From assembly GCA_900696625.1 (NCBI GenBank), contig CAADGU010000415.1, positions 3,875 to 67,874 on the forward strand: 64,000 nt of DNA, in the 5' to 3' direction. The notes under the pieces are model-generated. The model was not told the origin of the DNA and did no database searches. It saw only the letters and a program-made list of their open reading frames with translations. Shown piece by piece: positions 37,828 through 48,182 of the stretch; the first letter of the stretch is position 1; every line of letters begins with the position of its first letter. The position numbers and the translations under genes were made by a program. The stretch is from an uncultured Chloroflexota bacterium (GTDB lineage: Bacteria > Chloroflexota > Anaerolineae > Promineifilales > Promineifilaceae).

Positions 37828-40800
37828 ATGAGCATATTCAATGGCATTTCCGTAGACATCTACGACCAAAACCTGATGCTCGTTGGAGCAGTGGAAAACG
37901 TGCTATCGGCTGCGGCCACACGGCCGTTAGACAAAATCGGCAGCGGCAGCTACACCATACCAATACCAACACCCGGGGCCGGATATTCAAGCCGTGACCT
38001 CATTGCGCACATGTACACCTACAACACACTGCTGGCGGCCAACCAGACAATTGGGGTTTTCCTGATTAAGTCCATTGTGCGGCGCGACCCGCCCAACGGC
38101 GGCCAGGCGGTTTTTGACATCAGTGGCCCCGACTTGCTGCACGAATTGACCTATCGCAGCATCGGCCAGAACGTCATTGCTACCAGTGTCTACACCAATC
38201 TGGCGGCCACGGCCACCGGGCGGCAGACCACGCTCACCGTGCAGGCCAACGCAGGAAATACCACGATCACCATTGACGATACATTCGGGTGGGCGACGGG
38301 CAACCTGGTGGATGTAAAACTCAACAGCGGCAGTTGGCACACGGCCACAATCACCAGCGTGGCCGGTAACGTCATCGGTCTGTCGGCAGCTATCCCGGTC
38401 GGCGGTACGGCCGACATAGGCAACATAGTCCGTACTCGCATTTTGAAATTGAGCGTAGACGACACCACCGGATTCACAGACGGGGCGGTGGTCACAGTTG
38501 GGCTGTATCCGGCCAGCATATCACATACGACCACCATTACTAATATCAGCGGTAACAGCATCACGCTGGCGGACGCTATCCCAGAGGCACGGACGGCCAG
38601 CATCGGCAACCCGGTGTCCCACCCCGGCGCTATCACGGTGCTGACCAGCCCGGCCGAGGCAGGCAATACTACCATCAGTGTGGCTGACGTGGCCGGGGCC
38701 AGCATCAGCGACCCGATTACTGTCCGGTTGGACCCGCCGCCCCTGACCCACAGCGCGGTCATTGTCGGCACACCGTCCGGCGGCATTATCACCATGTCAG
38801 CGCCACTGCCCTGGGGCCTGGCGGCACCCTACCAGTACGTGGTGCGCAGCAAAAGGCCGGCCGATAACGACATCGAGCAGATCATGAACTATGCACCGTC
38901 CACGTGGACGAATCCGGGCGGAGGCACACCAAACGGCTCGTACATCGTCGGCGCAGGAGAGACGGTCTACCAGGCGCTTGAGCAGGCGCGACAGCAGGGG
39001 GGCGGACATTTCCGCATCGCCTACACAGGCGGTATTGCGCGGCAGCTGCAATGGCGCACGACGCCGGATTCCAGCGGGATCGAGTTGACCTTGCCCGCAT
39101 CGGCCACCCACGCCGACATGACCAACACCAACAAGGGGGTTATCCTGAGCCTGGAGCAAGACTTTTCGGAGGGGCAGAAGGAGCCGCTTACCAGAATTTA
39201 CGCCCGCAACGCCAATAATGAGACGTTCACGGCCGCCGAAGGTCTTGTCACGCCCGCCGGTGGGGTTACGGTAAACTGGGCGGCAGGGCTGATCACCAAC
39301 ACCACCGCCGAGGCCGGCGGGGCAACTCGCATAGAGCGGCATATACGCTATGACAACATACGACCGGAGGATGAGACCGAGACAGCAACACTGCAAGCAG
39401 CTATCTCGCTCTACAAGACGGCCGAGGCGCAATTGCTGGCCGCCCAGACATTGCCGAAGTTTTTTAATATCGTCTGTATAACCCACAGCGCGGTGGGCAT
39501 CAAACCCTACAACACGGTGTTGGTGAATTACAACGGGAACGGCGTCGTCCTAAACAATATCACGCTGACGGTGCTAGAGGTGCGATACCAGATGGGCCAG
39601 GATGGGGTGTTGTACACACACCTCACCGCCACCGACCTGGCCGACGCGGATACGCAACCTCTGGCCGATCCTGACTACCTGGCCAAGACGATCCAGAAGC
39701 ACGATACAGCTTTGCGCCACCTGTCCAGCGGCAGCAGCAGCAGCAGCGGGGGAACAGGCGGGACTGTGCAGCAGCACCATGATTTATTGGGGCTCGAGGA
39801 TGACGATCATCCGCTGTACTTGCGGGAGGATGGGACACGGCCGTTAAGCGGCAATCTGGCCGTCAATAGTGGCATCACCATTGACGGTGTGGACATCTCG
39901 GCCCACGCAGCGAATCCGGCCGCGCACCACGCGCCGGTGACGGCCGGGGATGGTATCGCCGTCAGTGGGCAGCAGGTGGCCGTTGACCTGGCGTCACCGT
40001 CCGGGCTGGAATTCAGCGGCGGCGATCTGCGCCTGGCTGACAGCGTGGCCGGGAATGGGCTGAGCATCGCCAGCAAAATCATGGCTATCAATCTGGCATC
40101 CCCGTCCGGGTTGGAGATTGCCAGCGACGCGCTGCGCATCAATGACACAGTGGCCGGGGCGGGGCTGACCATCAGTAGTAAAATTTTGGCGGTGGGGGCA
40201 GGTAACGGCATCACCGTCAACGCGGACGACGTGGCGCTGACGACACCGGGCACGTTGTCGGTGTCATCAACCAACAACCCGGCCGGCAACCACACCCACG
40301 CCGTGACTGCCTCAGATAATCCCGGTGCGGCTACACAACTACTGAAATCCAGCGCGGCGGGCCATTTGCAATTGATCCGGTTGGGGTTGCAGGTTGCACC
40401 GGCCGTGCCGCTGCACGTGGCCGGGGCGACGGAGCAATTACGGATTGAGTACGATGGCAGCAACTACGCCTCTTTTACTGAGCAGGCCAGTGGCACATTG
40501 CAGATAGTGACGCAGAATAATATCAATCTCTATCCGGGTGGGGATATTGTCTTTAATCCGGGGGGCAAAGACTTGTTACCACTCAATAACTACGATCTCA
40601 ATATCGGCCTTATCAACAAAAAATACTTGACGTTACATGCTGCGGAGTTGTGGGTAGAAACGCTGGTGGCCCAAAATACCATCGCCACTATTGGCGGCCG
40701 TATCCTGGTCGGCCCTACTACGCAGTTTACCAGAGATGCCTCTAATGCACAGACATACCTGTTCTTGAAGCATAATCAGCCCCATATCGGCGATGTAATG

Positions 40801-42303
40801 TATGCAGAAGCGGCCGGATTTGTCGAGTTTTTCCGGGTTCAAGGAGAACTATTAGTAGGTGTTACTGCTGGCACCGAAGGCCAATTCCACTTACAGGGGG
40901 ATTGGGTGGCATTTTTTATCCCTGGACAAACTTTACGTATCGAGGATGACAAGCAAGGGTATAACGGAACATACACCATTGTTTCTGTGGGATATGATTC
41001 AGGAGACGACGAAACAGATATTAAGGTTACAGCCACCCTTCCAGCCGGAACACCCGATGGATACATTACCGTAGCACAGCAAACAGCAACGGAATTTTGT
41101 TATCTGGTTGTTACCAGGAATTTGGATGGATCAGGAGCGAACACCTGGTACGCTGGCGACGCCCTATTCAACACTGGCGTTGTTGATGACGGATTCATTG
41201 ACCTCTACTCCCTAAATGGCGTGAGTTCCGGAGCAGGCCCCACAATCGTCGGCAATGTGCGGACAGGCACAACGTACAACCAGTGGGTTGAGCATTGGGC
41301 TATCGGTAACCTTAACGGCATCTATGGTTACGGCTCGGATACCTACGGGGCGGCAGTGGGGAAATACTCGACCACCACCAGTTACTTGACGGCCGATGCA
41401 ACTGCTGGGATTCGCATGATGCGCGGCAGCACGCAGCTGGCGCGGTGGTTTGCTAATGGCGACATTTTGATCGGGCAGCAGGCGGCCAGCCAGAACAATG
41501 TGCTCATTTCCAGCGGTGTTTTATCGGTGCGCAACAACACCACCGAGCGGATCGGCATGACGGCCGCCGGGATACTGACCATCAAGGACAGCAGCGGAAA
41601 CGCAGTGTTTACGTTTAATTCGTCGTCAGGCGCGGAATTCACTCTGCCCCTCACACTGGCATCTGGCGGAGGTATCTATCAAGGGACAGGTACATTTGCA
41701 TCCCCAACTACAGGATTGAAACTGTGGAATGATTCAGGGATTGGCAGAATGGCCGGGTACAACTCTGGCACATTGCAGGTTGGCTTCGGAACTGACGGCC
41801 GTCTTACTGCTGGAGCCGGAAACATCAGGTTATCCGCAATTGGCGTTGAGCTAATCGCCAATACATCCTACGGCTTTGATACCACGAGAGGCATTTCATT
41901 CGTCCAATCACTCGGCTCCACTGTTTATGGTGGGTTATTCACGGTACGCGACACAAGTGCCAATATCACCAGTGCTCGACTGTTAGCCTTGAGCCCAAAC
42001 GGCTCAAACACTAACGAACTGTTTGTTTCGGCCGATAACAGCAATAACTTGCGCGTACAAAGTTCTCATTCAACCGCTGTTTTTGGCAACATCTTGCTCG
42101 GTGAACGTGGTAGCTCCTATATCAATTCTGTGGATTTGGGTGTGTCGTTAACTCCTACTACCACACCCTCACTAGGCTGCAATATCTATGTGAAATCAAG
42201 TAAATTGATTGTTCGGATGGTGGATGGCCTAACCGTCCGCTATAAATATCTCGACCTTACAGGCACAGGTGTGACATGGGTACACACCACCACCGCGCCG
42301 TAA
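37828..42303 (+). CDS. Large tail tip / central fibre protein
   Basis: 1491 aa; hub-like N-terminus with repeated beta modules, HHDLLGLEDDDHPLYL, beta-rich fibre C-terminus. Confidence 0.75.
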   Translation: MSIFNGISVDIYDQNLMLVGAVENVLSAAATRPLDKIGSGSYTIPIPTPGAGYSSRDLIAHMYTYNTLLAANQTIGVFLIKSIVRRDPPNGGQAVFDISGPDLLHELTYRSIGQNVIATSVYTNLAATATGRQTTLTVQANAGNTTITIDDTFGWATGNLVDVKLNSGSWHTATITSVAGNVIGLSAAIPVGGTADIGNIVRTRILKLSVDDTTGFTDGAVVTVGLYPASISHTTTITNISGNSITLADAIPEARTASIGNPVSHPGAITVLTSPAEAGNTTISVADVAGASISDPITVRLDPPPLTHSAVIVGTPSGGIITMSAPLPWGLAAPYQYVVRSKRPADNDIEQIMNYAPSTWTNPGGGTPNGSYIVGAGETVYQALEQARQQGGGHFRIAYTGGIARQLQWRTTPDSSGIELTLPASATHADMTNTNKGVILSLEQDFSEGQKEPLTRIYARNANNETFTAAEGLVTPAGGVTVNWAAGLITNTTAEAGGATRIERHIRYDNIRPEDETETATLQAAISLYKTAEAQLLAAQTLPKFFNIVCITHSAVGIKPYNTVLVNYNGNGVVLNNITLTVLEVRYQMGQDGVLYTHLTATDLADADTQPLADPDYLAKTIQKHDTALRHLSSGSSSSSGGTGGTVQQHHDLLGLEDDDHPLYLREDGTRPLSGNLAVNSGITIDGVDISAHAANPAAHHAPVTAGDGIAVSGQQVAVDLASPSGLEFSGGDLRLADSVAGNGLSIASKIMAINLASPSGLEIASDALRINDTVAGAGLTISSKILAVGAGNGITVNADDVALTTPGTLSVSSTNNPAGNHTHAVTASDNPGAATQLLKSSAAGHLQLIRLGLQVAPAVPLHVAGATEQLRIEYDGSNYASFTEQASGTLQIVTQNNINLYPGGDIVFNPGGKDLLPLNNYDLNIGLINKKYLTLHAAELWVETLVAQNTIATIGGRILVGPTTQFTRDASNAQTYLFLKHNQPHIGDVMYAEAAGFVEFFRVQGELLVGVTAGTEGQFHLQGDWVAFFIPGQTLRIEDDKQGYNGTYTIVSVGYDSGDDETDIKVTATLPAGTPDGYITVAQQTATEFCYLVVTRNLDGSGANTWYAGDALFNTGVVDDGFIDLYSLNGVSSGAGPTIVGNVRTGTTYNQWVEHWAIGNLNGIYGYGSDTYGAAVGKYSTTTSYLTADATAGIRMMRGSTQLARWFANGDILIGQQAASQNNVLISSGVLSVRNNTTERIGMTAAGILTIKDSSGNAVFTFNSSSGAEFTLPLTLASGGGIYQGTGTFASPTTGLKLWNDSGIGRMAGYNSGTLQVGFGTDGRLTAGAGNIRLSAIGVELIANTSYGFDTTRGISFVQSLGSTVYGGLFTVRDTSANITSARLLALSPNGSNTNELFVSADNSNNLRVQSSHSTAVFGNILLGERGSSYINSVDLGVSLTPTTTPSLGCNIYVKSSKLIVRMVDGLTVRYKYLDLTGTGVTWVHTTTAP

Positions 42304-42319
42304 TAAAGGGGAATCAATC

Positions 42320-42601
42320 ATGGCAAACCAGACACAAAAAGCAATCATTCTAGCAATGGAAACCAGCGACGCCTGTAAGCAACTACTAGACGCGCTGGAC
42401 AAACTGGCGGCGCTGGAGCAGCGGCGGGCTAAATCATTCCTCGATCTGAATGATTTTGACGCCGATTTTGAGGCATACGACCAGACTGCACACCTGACCG
42501 GCAATACACTCATCAACGTGCTGGCCAACAGCACCGCGGCCGTGCGTAGCTTCATAGCCGCCAACAACCACGAGGATAACTTCCAACTGGCGAGGAGATA
42601 A
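42320..42601 (+). CDS. Hypothetical phage protein
   Basis: Operon position. Confidence 0.6.
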   Translation: MANQTQKAIILAMETSDACKQLLDALDKLAALEQRRAKSFLDLNDFDADFEAYDQTAHLTGNTLINVLANSTAAVRSFIAANNHEDNFQLARR

Positions 42602-42603
42602 TC

Positions 42604-42807
42604 ATGATGACAATCGAGCAATTGGAAAACGACCGCAAGGATTTACAGCGGCAGTTGGAGCAGGCCATCCGGGCTGAGGAGCAGGCGCGGCAGCAGCGAG
42701 CTATGCTGCAAGGGGCCTTGCAGTATATTGAGATTCAGATGCAGCGGTACCAGGGCGCCGGGCCGGAGATGGGCGAGGGAGCGAGGGGCGAGGGAGCAGC
42801 CGAATAG
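42604..42807 (+). CDS. Small coiled-coil protein
   Basis: GAGGAG SD; heptad pattern. Confidence 0.55.
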   Translation: MMTIEQLENDRKDLQRQLEQAIRAEEQARQQRAMLQGALQYIEIQMQRYQGAGPEMGEGARGEGAAE

Positions 42808-42809
42808 AA

Positions 42810-44228
42810 ATGGCACTGGTAATCACGCAGCGAATTAGCGCCAACACAGGTCAAACATCACAGGGCAGTTATACAACTGCCTCATTCACACCTGCGGCTA
42901 ATTCGCTGTGTTTTGTTTTCTGTATAGGACAACGAGACAACCATTCATCGGCGCGGAGCTGGACAGTCAGCGGCGGGGGATACACCTGGACCAAATTGAA
43001 TGAGTCCACCCTGTACCCCTGGGAGAACCTTGACATATACTCACTGAATGCAGTTTGCTGGTACACCGCCGTAGGCGCGTCTCCGGCAGCAATGACTGTC
43101 ACCGTTGACGCCAGCGCAAATAACGAAGTTTACAGTGTGGTCATTTTTGATGTCACCGGTCACGACGCTGCTACGCCATTTCCGCAATCCAGCGTGCACA
43201 ATGGCGCGACGTTTAACCCGGCCACCAACAGCGGCACCGGCACATTGACCTTGGGCAGTAATCCACTCAGCAGCCATATGGTGATCGGTATGTTTGGCGC
43301 AGGCGCTGATGGCGGCGGGGGCCTGGCCACACCCGCCGGATACACTGCTTTAATCAATCAGAATACATCGTACACGCAGTCGGCCGTTTTCTACCGAACC
43401 GGGACTACATCCCCGGCCATTACCTGTGACGACCTTGGCCAGGCGGTCGGGAACTGGGCTGGGATCGCCTTCGCAATCGCCGCGGCGTCTGACGCAGCTG
43501 TGGTACCGGCCGCAACCGCAACGCTCAGCCTGGTCGGGCAGACGGCCGTTATTGTGCCCGGCGGCATGGCCATTACGGCCGATCTCGCCCTCATTGGGCT
43601 GGATGGACAGACGGCCGTTATTGTGCCCGGCGGCATGGCCATTACGGCCGATCTCGCCCTCATTGGGCTGGATGGGCAGACGGCCGTTATTGTGCCCGGC
43701 GGCATGGCCATTACGGCCGATCTCGCCCTCATTGGGCTGGATGGGCAGACGGCGATTGTCGCGCCCGGCGGCGTCAATATCGAGACGGCCGCCGGCACAT
43801 TAACCATCACCGGCGAAAGCGTTCTGGTACTCTCTGGCGGCTCATTGATTCAGGCAACGCCCGGTCTGCTTAATTTAGCCGGGCAAACGGCCGTGGTTTT
43901 ACCGGGGAGCATCAGCCTGGGGCTGGCGGTCGCAGAATTGGCGTTGGCCGGGCAAACGGCCGTGGTATTGCCCGGCACTGTGAGCATCCAGGCGGCCGCA
44001 GGTGAGCTGGCGATTTCCGGGCAGACGGCCGCGCTGCTGCCCGGCGCGGTGGCAGTGGCGGTGGCGGCCGGTGTGCTGAGCGTAACCGGGCTGTCGCTGG
44101 AAAGTATTGGCGAGGCGGCGTTTGTGGCCCTGGGGCGGCCGTTTGCGGCCGAAGAGATCGCCCGCTTTTTTGCCCAGGGCGTGATGACCTTTGATAACAA
44201 GGGCATCGTGTCATTTACCGTAATCTGA
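42810..44228 (+). CDS. Minor tail/fibre-like protein with 23-aa repeats
   Basis: GQTAVIVPGGMAITADLALIGLD repeats. Confidence 0.65.
   Translation: MALVITQRISANTGQTSQGSYTTASFTPAANSLCFVFCIGQRDNHSSARSWTVSGGGYTWTKLNESTLYPWENLDIYSLNAVCWYTAVGASPAAMTVTVDASANNEVYSVVIFDVTGHDAATPFPQSSVHNGATFNPATNSGTGTLTLGSNPLSSHMVIGMFGAGADGGGGLATPAGYTALINQNTSYTQSAVFYRTGTTSPAITCDDLGQAVGNWAGIAFAIAAASDAAVVPAATATLSLVGQTAVIVPGGMAITADLALIGLDGQTAVIVPGGMAITADLALIGLDGQTAVIVPGGMAITADLALIGLDGQTAIVAPGGVNIETAAGTLTITGESVLVLSGGSLIQATPGLLNLAGQTAVVLPGSISLGLAVAELALAGQTAVVLPGTVSIQAAAGELAISGQTAALLPGAVAVAVAAGVLSVTGLSLESIGEAAFVALGRPFAAEEIARFFAQGVMTFDNKGIVSFTVI
43536..43742 (+). repeat. 69-bp intragenic tandem repeat x3
   Basis: Near-identical units at 43536, 43605, 43674. 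Confidence 0.9.
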
Positions 44229-44244
44229 CAAAGGGAGCTAGACC

Positions 44245-44634
44245 ATGCAGCTAACAACGGAGCAATTTTTTACAGCAATCACCATTGGTTTGGGGGTCTT
44301 ATCGGCCGTGGGTGGCGCCATCGCCTATCTCTTCAATCGGCCGGGAGAAACAGCCAACACAAACAAAACGCTGTCAGAAACGGTGCAGATGCTCTCTACC
44401 CGGCTGAGCCAATTGGAGGCGGAGCGAGAGGCAGACCACCAGCGCATCCTGAAGCTGGAGGCGGAAAATCATGCCCAACGGCAGCAGGCGCAGGTTTTTG
44501 AGCGCCTACTCTCCCTGTGCGTGATTGGCTTGCAGGCTCTATCCAACCAACTCATGCGTGCGGAGATCAACCCGGAGTGGACGCCACCAGCCGAACTTGA
44601 CCGGTGGATGACGGACTATTTGAAAAAGCACTAA
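44245..44634 (+). CDS. TM + coiled-coil protein (holin/lysis accessory-like)
   Basis: N-terminal TM then coiled coil. Confidence 0.5.
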   Translation: MQLTTEQFFTAITIGLGVLSAVGGAIAYLFNRPGETANTNKTLSETVQMLSTRLSQLEAEREADHQRILKLEAENHAQRQQAQVFERLLSLCVIGLQALSNQLMRAEINPEWTPPAELDRWMTDYLKKH

Positions 44635-44689
44635 TGGCGACACGGCCGCGCCGAGCGGCGCGGCCGTGTCACCAAACAAGGAGCCTCAC

Positions 44690-44989
44690 ATGAGAATTCA
44701 ACCACCCGTATTTGCTTCCAAAAAAGCGAGCATGGCCGCGTTTGGCGCGGCCGTTATCACCTTTGTGATGACCGTCCTGCCCATCCTGATGCCCACAGTG
44801 CCGGATGAGGTATGGAAGAGTCTGGCTAATCTATTGGCGCAGTTGTTCAGCCTGTACCTGATCGGGCAAAGCAGCGTGGATGTGGTGGAGAGCTTTCGGG
44901 GCGGGCGCGTGACGCTGGATGCCTCAAAAATCGCCCTAGAGACGGCCGGAGCGCAAAATGAATCAGACAGTGCAAATCCTGCGCCTTAA
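44690..44989 (+). CDS. Holin-like membrane protein
   Basis: SKK..TM1..TM2..YLIGQSSVD; AAGGAG SD. Confidence 0.6.
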   Translation: MRIQPPVFASKKASMAAFGAAVITFVMTVLPILMPTVPDEVWKSLANLLAQLFSLYLIGQSSVDVVESFRGGRVTLDASKIALETAGAQNESDSANPAP

Positions 44990-45239
44990 GCACCAGGGCG
45001 AGAAATTCGGGTCGATACAAACCGTTTTGGCCGTTGGCCGGGCTGCCCGCGACACGGCCGGGCTGTCGGCAGACGAACTGGCGCAGCTGGCGGCCGATGT
45101 CTGGACGTTACCCCAGCCGCAAATGCGGCCGGGTGAGGGTGCGAATCTGCTGCGACTACTTTTGAAGTTGGGCAATGAGCAATTTGGGCGGCCGTTTGTG
45201 GGGGCAGTGGCCCGCAAGCTGGCTCCAAGGAAAGAGTGA
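44958..45239 (+). CDS. Hypothetical phage protein
   Basis: Operon position. Confidence 0.45.
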   Translation: MNQTVQILRLKHQGEKFGSIQTVLAVGRAARDTAGLSADELAQLAADVWTLPQPQMRPGEGANLLRLLLKLGNEQFGRPFVGAVARKLAPRKE

Positions 45240-45242
45240 TAG

Positions 45243-45467
45243 ATGAGCGAAACCATTATTGTGTTGGACGATATGGGACGGCTACAACTGGCCGATGCGG
45301 TAATCGCCTATCTGGAAACCTGCGAGGATCCACGTGCGCCAGAGGCACTGGCCCACTACCGCGCTCAACGAGAAGAGTTAGCTGTCCGGATGCGGGCGGC
45401 CAACGAAGGCAAACAAACAGTTATTGAATGTCAGCCAGGCCGGATGGGTGTGGCTGAAGGAAGGTGA
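45243..45467 (+). CDS. Hypothetical phage protein
   Basis: Operon position. Confidence 0.5.
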   Translation: MSETIIVLDDMGRLQLADAVIAYLETCEDPRAPEALAHYRAQREELAVRMRAANEGKQTVIECQPGRMGVAEGR

Positions 45468-45470
45468 AAG

Positions 45471-45914
45471 ATGGCTCAGGGGGATATTACAGTTTACAAC
45501 GACTTTAAGGAGCAAATCCTGAAGAAGGTGCATGACCTGGTGAATGACACCATCAAGGTCACGCTGCACACGGGTTACACGCCCAACATTGACAGCCACC
45601 AGGTGTGGGCAGATGTGAGCAGCACAGAGTATGGCAGCGGCAGTGGCTACACGGCCGGTGGTCAGGCGTTGGCCGGCAAGTCGGTGGCCCAGGACAACAC
45701 CAATGACCGGGCCTCGTTTGACGCCAACGACCTCACCTGGCCCTCTCTGGGGCCACTGTCACCGGCCACACCATCACACGCCGTTGTGTGGAACGATACA
45801 CCCGCATCACCGGCCGACCCGCTCATCTGCTACCTTGAGCTGGGCAGCACAGCCACAAACGGCGGCGACTATACGCTGCAATGGCACGCCAACGGCATCT
45901 TGCTGGTGAACTAG
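45471..45914 (+). CDS. Virion/fibre-associated structural protein (putative)
   Basis: HDLVNDTIKVTL...GYTAGG..L...FDANDLTW...LICY..NGGD...GIL pattern. Confidence 0.6.
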   Translation: MAQGDITVYNDFKEQILKKVHDLVNDTIKVTLHTGYTPNIDSHQVWADVSSTEYGSGSGYTAGGQALAGKSVAQDNTNDRASFDANDLTWPSLGPLSPATPSHAVVWNDTPASPADPLICYLELGSTATNGGDYTLQWHANGILLVN

Positions 45915-45928
45915 GGAGAAAAATCATC

Positions 45929-46396
45929 ATGCGCCAATTTACACGTATTTTGGCGGTGGCCATCTGTCTGGGGCTGGTACTCCTTTGCGTTTTGTGCCTG
46001 GCCGGGCGGCCGCAGCCCGCGCCAGCACCTACACCCACATCCACCATGCCGATGACGGCCGCGCCCACGCTAACGGCTACACCTACGGCCGAGTCTCGCA
46101 CACCAACACCTTCAGCAACGGCCGTATTACCCACAACCACAATAACGGCCGTGCCCACCATGGCCCCATCAGCAACATTGACACCTACGGCCTCACCGAC
46201 CGCGATACCGTACCCCTGCCCCACGTCACACACGGTGCAGCGCGGCCAGCACCTGTGGCTGATCGCCGAGATGTACTATGGCAACGGCCGTCACAATTTG
46301 CGCATTTGCGCCGCCAATCGGCCGTTGATCCGCGACTGCAACCTGATCTTCACCGGTTGGGTATTGGCGCTGCCAGAGGTGTGTACAAATGAATGA
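45929..46396 (+). CDS. Membrane-anchored LysM protein with Pro/Thr linker
   Basis: TM, PT-rich linker, HTVQRGQHLWLIAEMYYG...LIFTGWVLALP. Confidence 0.85.
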   Translation: MRQFTRILAVAICLGLVLLCVLCLAGRPQPAPAPTPTSTMPMTAAPTLTATPTAESRTPTPSATAVLPTTTITAVPTMAPSATLTPTASPTAIPYPCPTSHTVQRGQHLWLIAEMYYGNGRHNLRICAANRPLIRDCNLIFTGWVLALPEVCTNE

Positions 46397-46718
46397 ACTG
46401 TTTTTGGGGGAAACGGTGCAGGCGCCGGGTGATAATGTGCGGGTAGCGTATCCGGTTGATCTATCCCGGCTGGCTGAAGATGCGGCGGTCACGGCCGTGA
46501 CTGTGAAGGATGTGACACGGCCGTCGGCCATCGAGGACGTGAGCGGCCAAACCATCACCGGCAGCGCCCAGGGTGCGGGGGCGACGTACCAGACGCCGCT
46601 GATCTACAACCTGTCCCTGGGGCATACCTACCACGTGGTTTTGCTGACCTCGGCCGGCGGCAACACGCCGGCCGTGTACTTTCGGATCAAGTGTGTGCGG
46701 GAAGGGACGGCCGTGTGA
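46389..46718 (+). CDS. Hypothetical phage protein (last late gene)
   Basis: Overlap-coupled; followed by hairpin 46731-46780. Confidence 0.55.
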   Translation: MNELFLGETVQAPGDNVRVAYPVDLSRLAEDAAVTAVTVKDVTRPSAIEDVSGQTITGSAQGAGATYQTPLIYNLSLGHTYHVVLLTSAGGNTPAVYFRIKCVREGTAV

Positions 46719-46790
46719 CCCCCTTCCCCAACGGCCGTGCCCCTCGTGATTGGTGACAGCGAGCGGGCACGGCCGTGCCCATATCGGCCG

Positions 46791-47360
46791 TTATTTGTCA
46801 CCAATTTGGCGGCCGTTCATCACGGCTTTATAGCCAATGTCGAACGCCATCAGCAGCTTGTTCTGCCCCACCCTCCGCATATCGTCACCGATCAGGGTCC
46901 AGTTCATATCCCCGGCCACCATAGCCCCCTGCTCGCTGCGACTAATGTTAATCCTGGCCGCGTTCTGACGGCCGTCTGTGGTCAGGCCGGTCACCGAAAC
47001 GATCTCTTGCCGGTCTGGGTGTTCGGAATAGTCACCAATTACCTTTTCCTGGCTGATCACCATCCAGGCCTCGAAGATGCCGAACACGGCCGCCAGCCGT
47101 TCACCATCGGCCAGCCTGGCGGCAAAATCCGCGCCCAGATCGAATAGGAGTCCGTATTTGTTTTGGGCATTGAAGTCCATAGCCAGCGCTATCAACGTCG
47201 CTTGCGGCCGGTTTTGCTCATCCAGGGTAACGGCCACCAGGTGAGGCATTAGCTCCTCGCAGTCACCAGGTTCCAGCCAGGCAAGCGCAAAGCTGACAGC
47301 CTGCTCCAGTTGTTTGTTGAAATCCTGATCCGTAAAGAAAATCGGGGTTGTTGTGTCCAC
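46791..47360 (-). CDS. Hypothetical protein
   Basis: AGGAG SD; EAWMV...HPDRQE. Confidence 0.6.
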   Translation of the reverse strand: MDTTTPIFFTDQDFNKQLEQAVSFALAWLEPGDCEELMPHLVAVTLDEQNRPQATLIALAMDFNAQNKYGLLFDLGADFAARLADGERLAAVFGIFEAWMVISQEKVIGDYSEHPDRQEIVSVTGLTTDGRQNAARINISRSEQGAMVAGDMNWTLIGDDMRRVGQNKLLMAFDIGYKAVMNGRQIGDK

Positions 47361-47455
47361 ATTTATCTCCTGAGAACTGTACGTCTCTTGTTCTTTGTGT
47401 TGGCCGTAAAAATTGCGGGGGCGGGTGTGCGGTTAACGGCCGTCAGCGACGGCCG

Positions 47456-47941
47456 TCAGTCGTAGCTCAGATCATACACCAGGCAAACACCCTCATAGAC
47501 CTCGCCGGGGTGCAGCTGGCGGTGAAGGATTGACCTCCCCTTCAGGAAGGCGATTTTGGCAGGCCCCTCAACCCTTTGCGGTTGGGAGGTCTTCAGGCGG
47601 CGATTTAATTCCTTCATGGCCACATCGGCCGTGACCCGCGGGTACGTCTTCGGTTCGTAGGGACTGCCCAGGTAACGCCCGGTGATGATACAGCTCAGCG
47701 TGGGCACATCCAGCGTTTTGGCCTGCTCACGGCCGATGGCTGCCAGAGCCTCTTTCTCGCGCCGGCAATACTCCTGGTAACACCGCTCCAGCGCCTGGCT
47801 CAGCGGGTAAGTCCACTCTTTCTCTGGGAAATACTCGCGCCCCTGCCAGCGATAGCCAATCCTGAATCTGCCCTGGGCATGGATTTCTATAAGCAGCACC
47901 GTGTCCGGAGCGAATTGCCCGAACATTTCTTGCGTGTTCAC
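47456..47941 (-). CDS. Hypothetical protein
   Basis: GTG start with AAGGAG SD, coupled to upstream gene. Confidence 0.55.
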   Translation of the reverse strand: MNTQEMFGQFAPDTVLLIEIHAQGRFRIGYRWQGREYFPEKEWTYPLSQALERCYQEYCRREKEALAAIGREQAKTLDVPTLSCIITGRYLGSPYEPKTYPRVTADVAMKELNRRLKTSQPQRVEGPAKIAFLKGRSILHRQLHPGEVYEGVCLVYDLSYD

Positions 47942-48174
47942 GGCCGTTTCTCCTTGCCCCATATCTCGCGGCGATGCTGCTGTAACTGCCAAATGATTTC
48001 GTCCAACGTGCCTGGCCCCTTGAACCTGAGGACAAAGGTCACGTGCGCAGGCGACGCCGAGAGCATTACATGAAGCTGACTCGGTTTCTCTTCGTCCTCG
48101 GCCGTCCACTGCCAAAACTCAATGGCGTCTAAGTTGATGGGCACAATGTATTGATTAAACTGCGGTTCGTTCAT
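47938..48174 (-). CDS. Hypothetical protein
   Basis: AGGAG SD. Confidence 0.55.
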   Translation of the reverse strand: MNEPQFNQYIVPINLDAIEFWQWTAEDEEKPSQLHVMLSASPAHVTFVLRFKGPGTLDEIIWQLQQHRREIWGKEKRP

Positions 48175-48182
48175 TATCTCTC

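Noticed and set aside
37828..44228. Diversity-generating retroelement or tail-fibre shufflon
   Set aside because: No reverse transcriptase, no TR/VR pair with adenine-specific differences and no inverted cassettes seen
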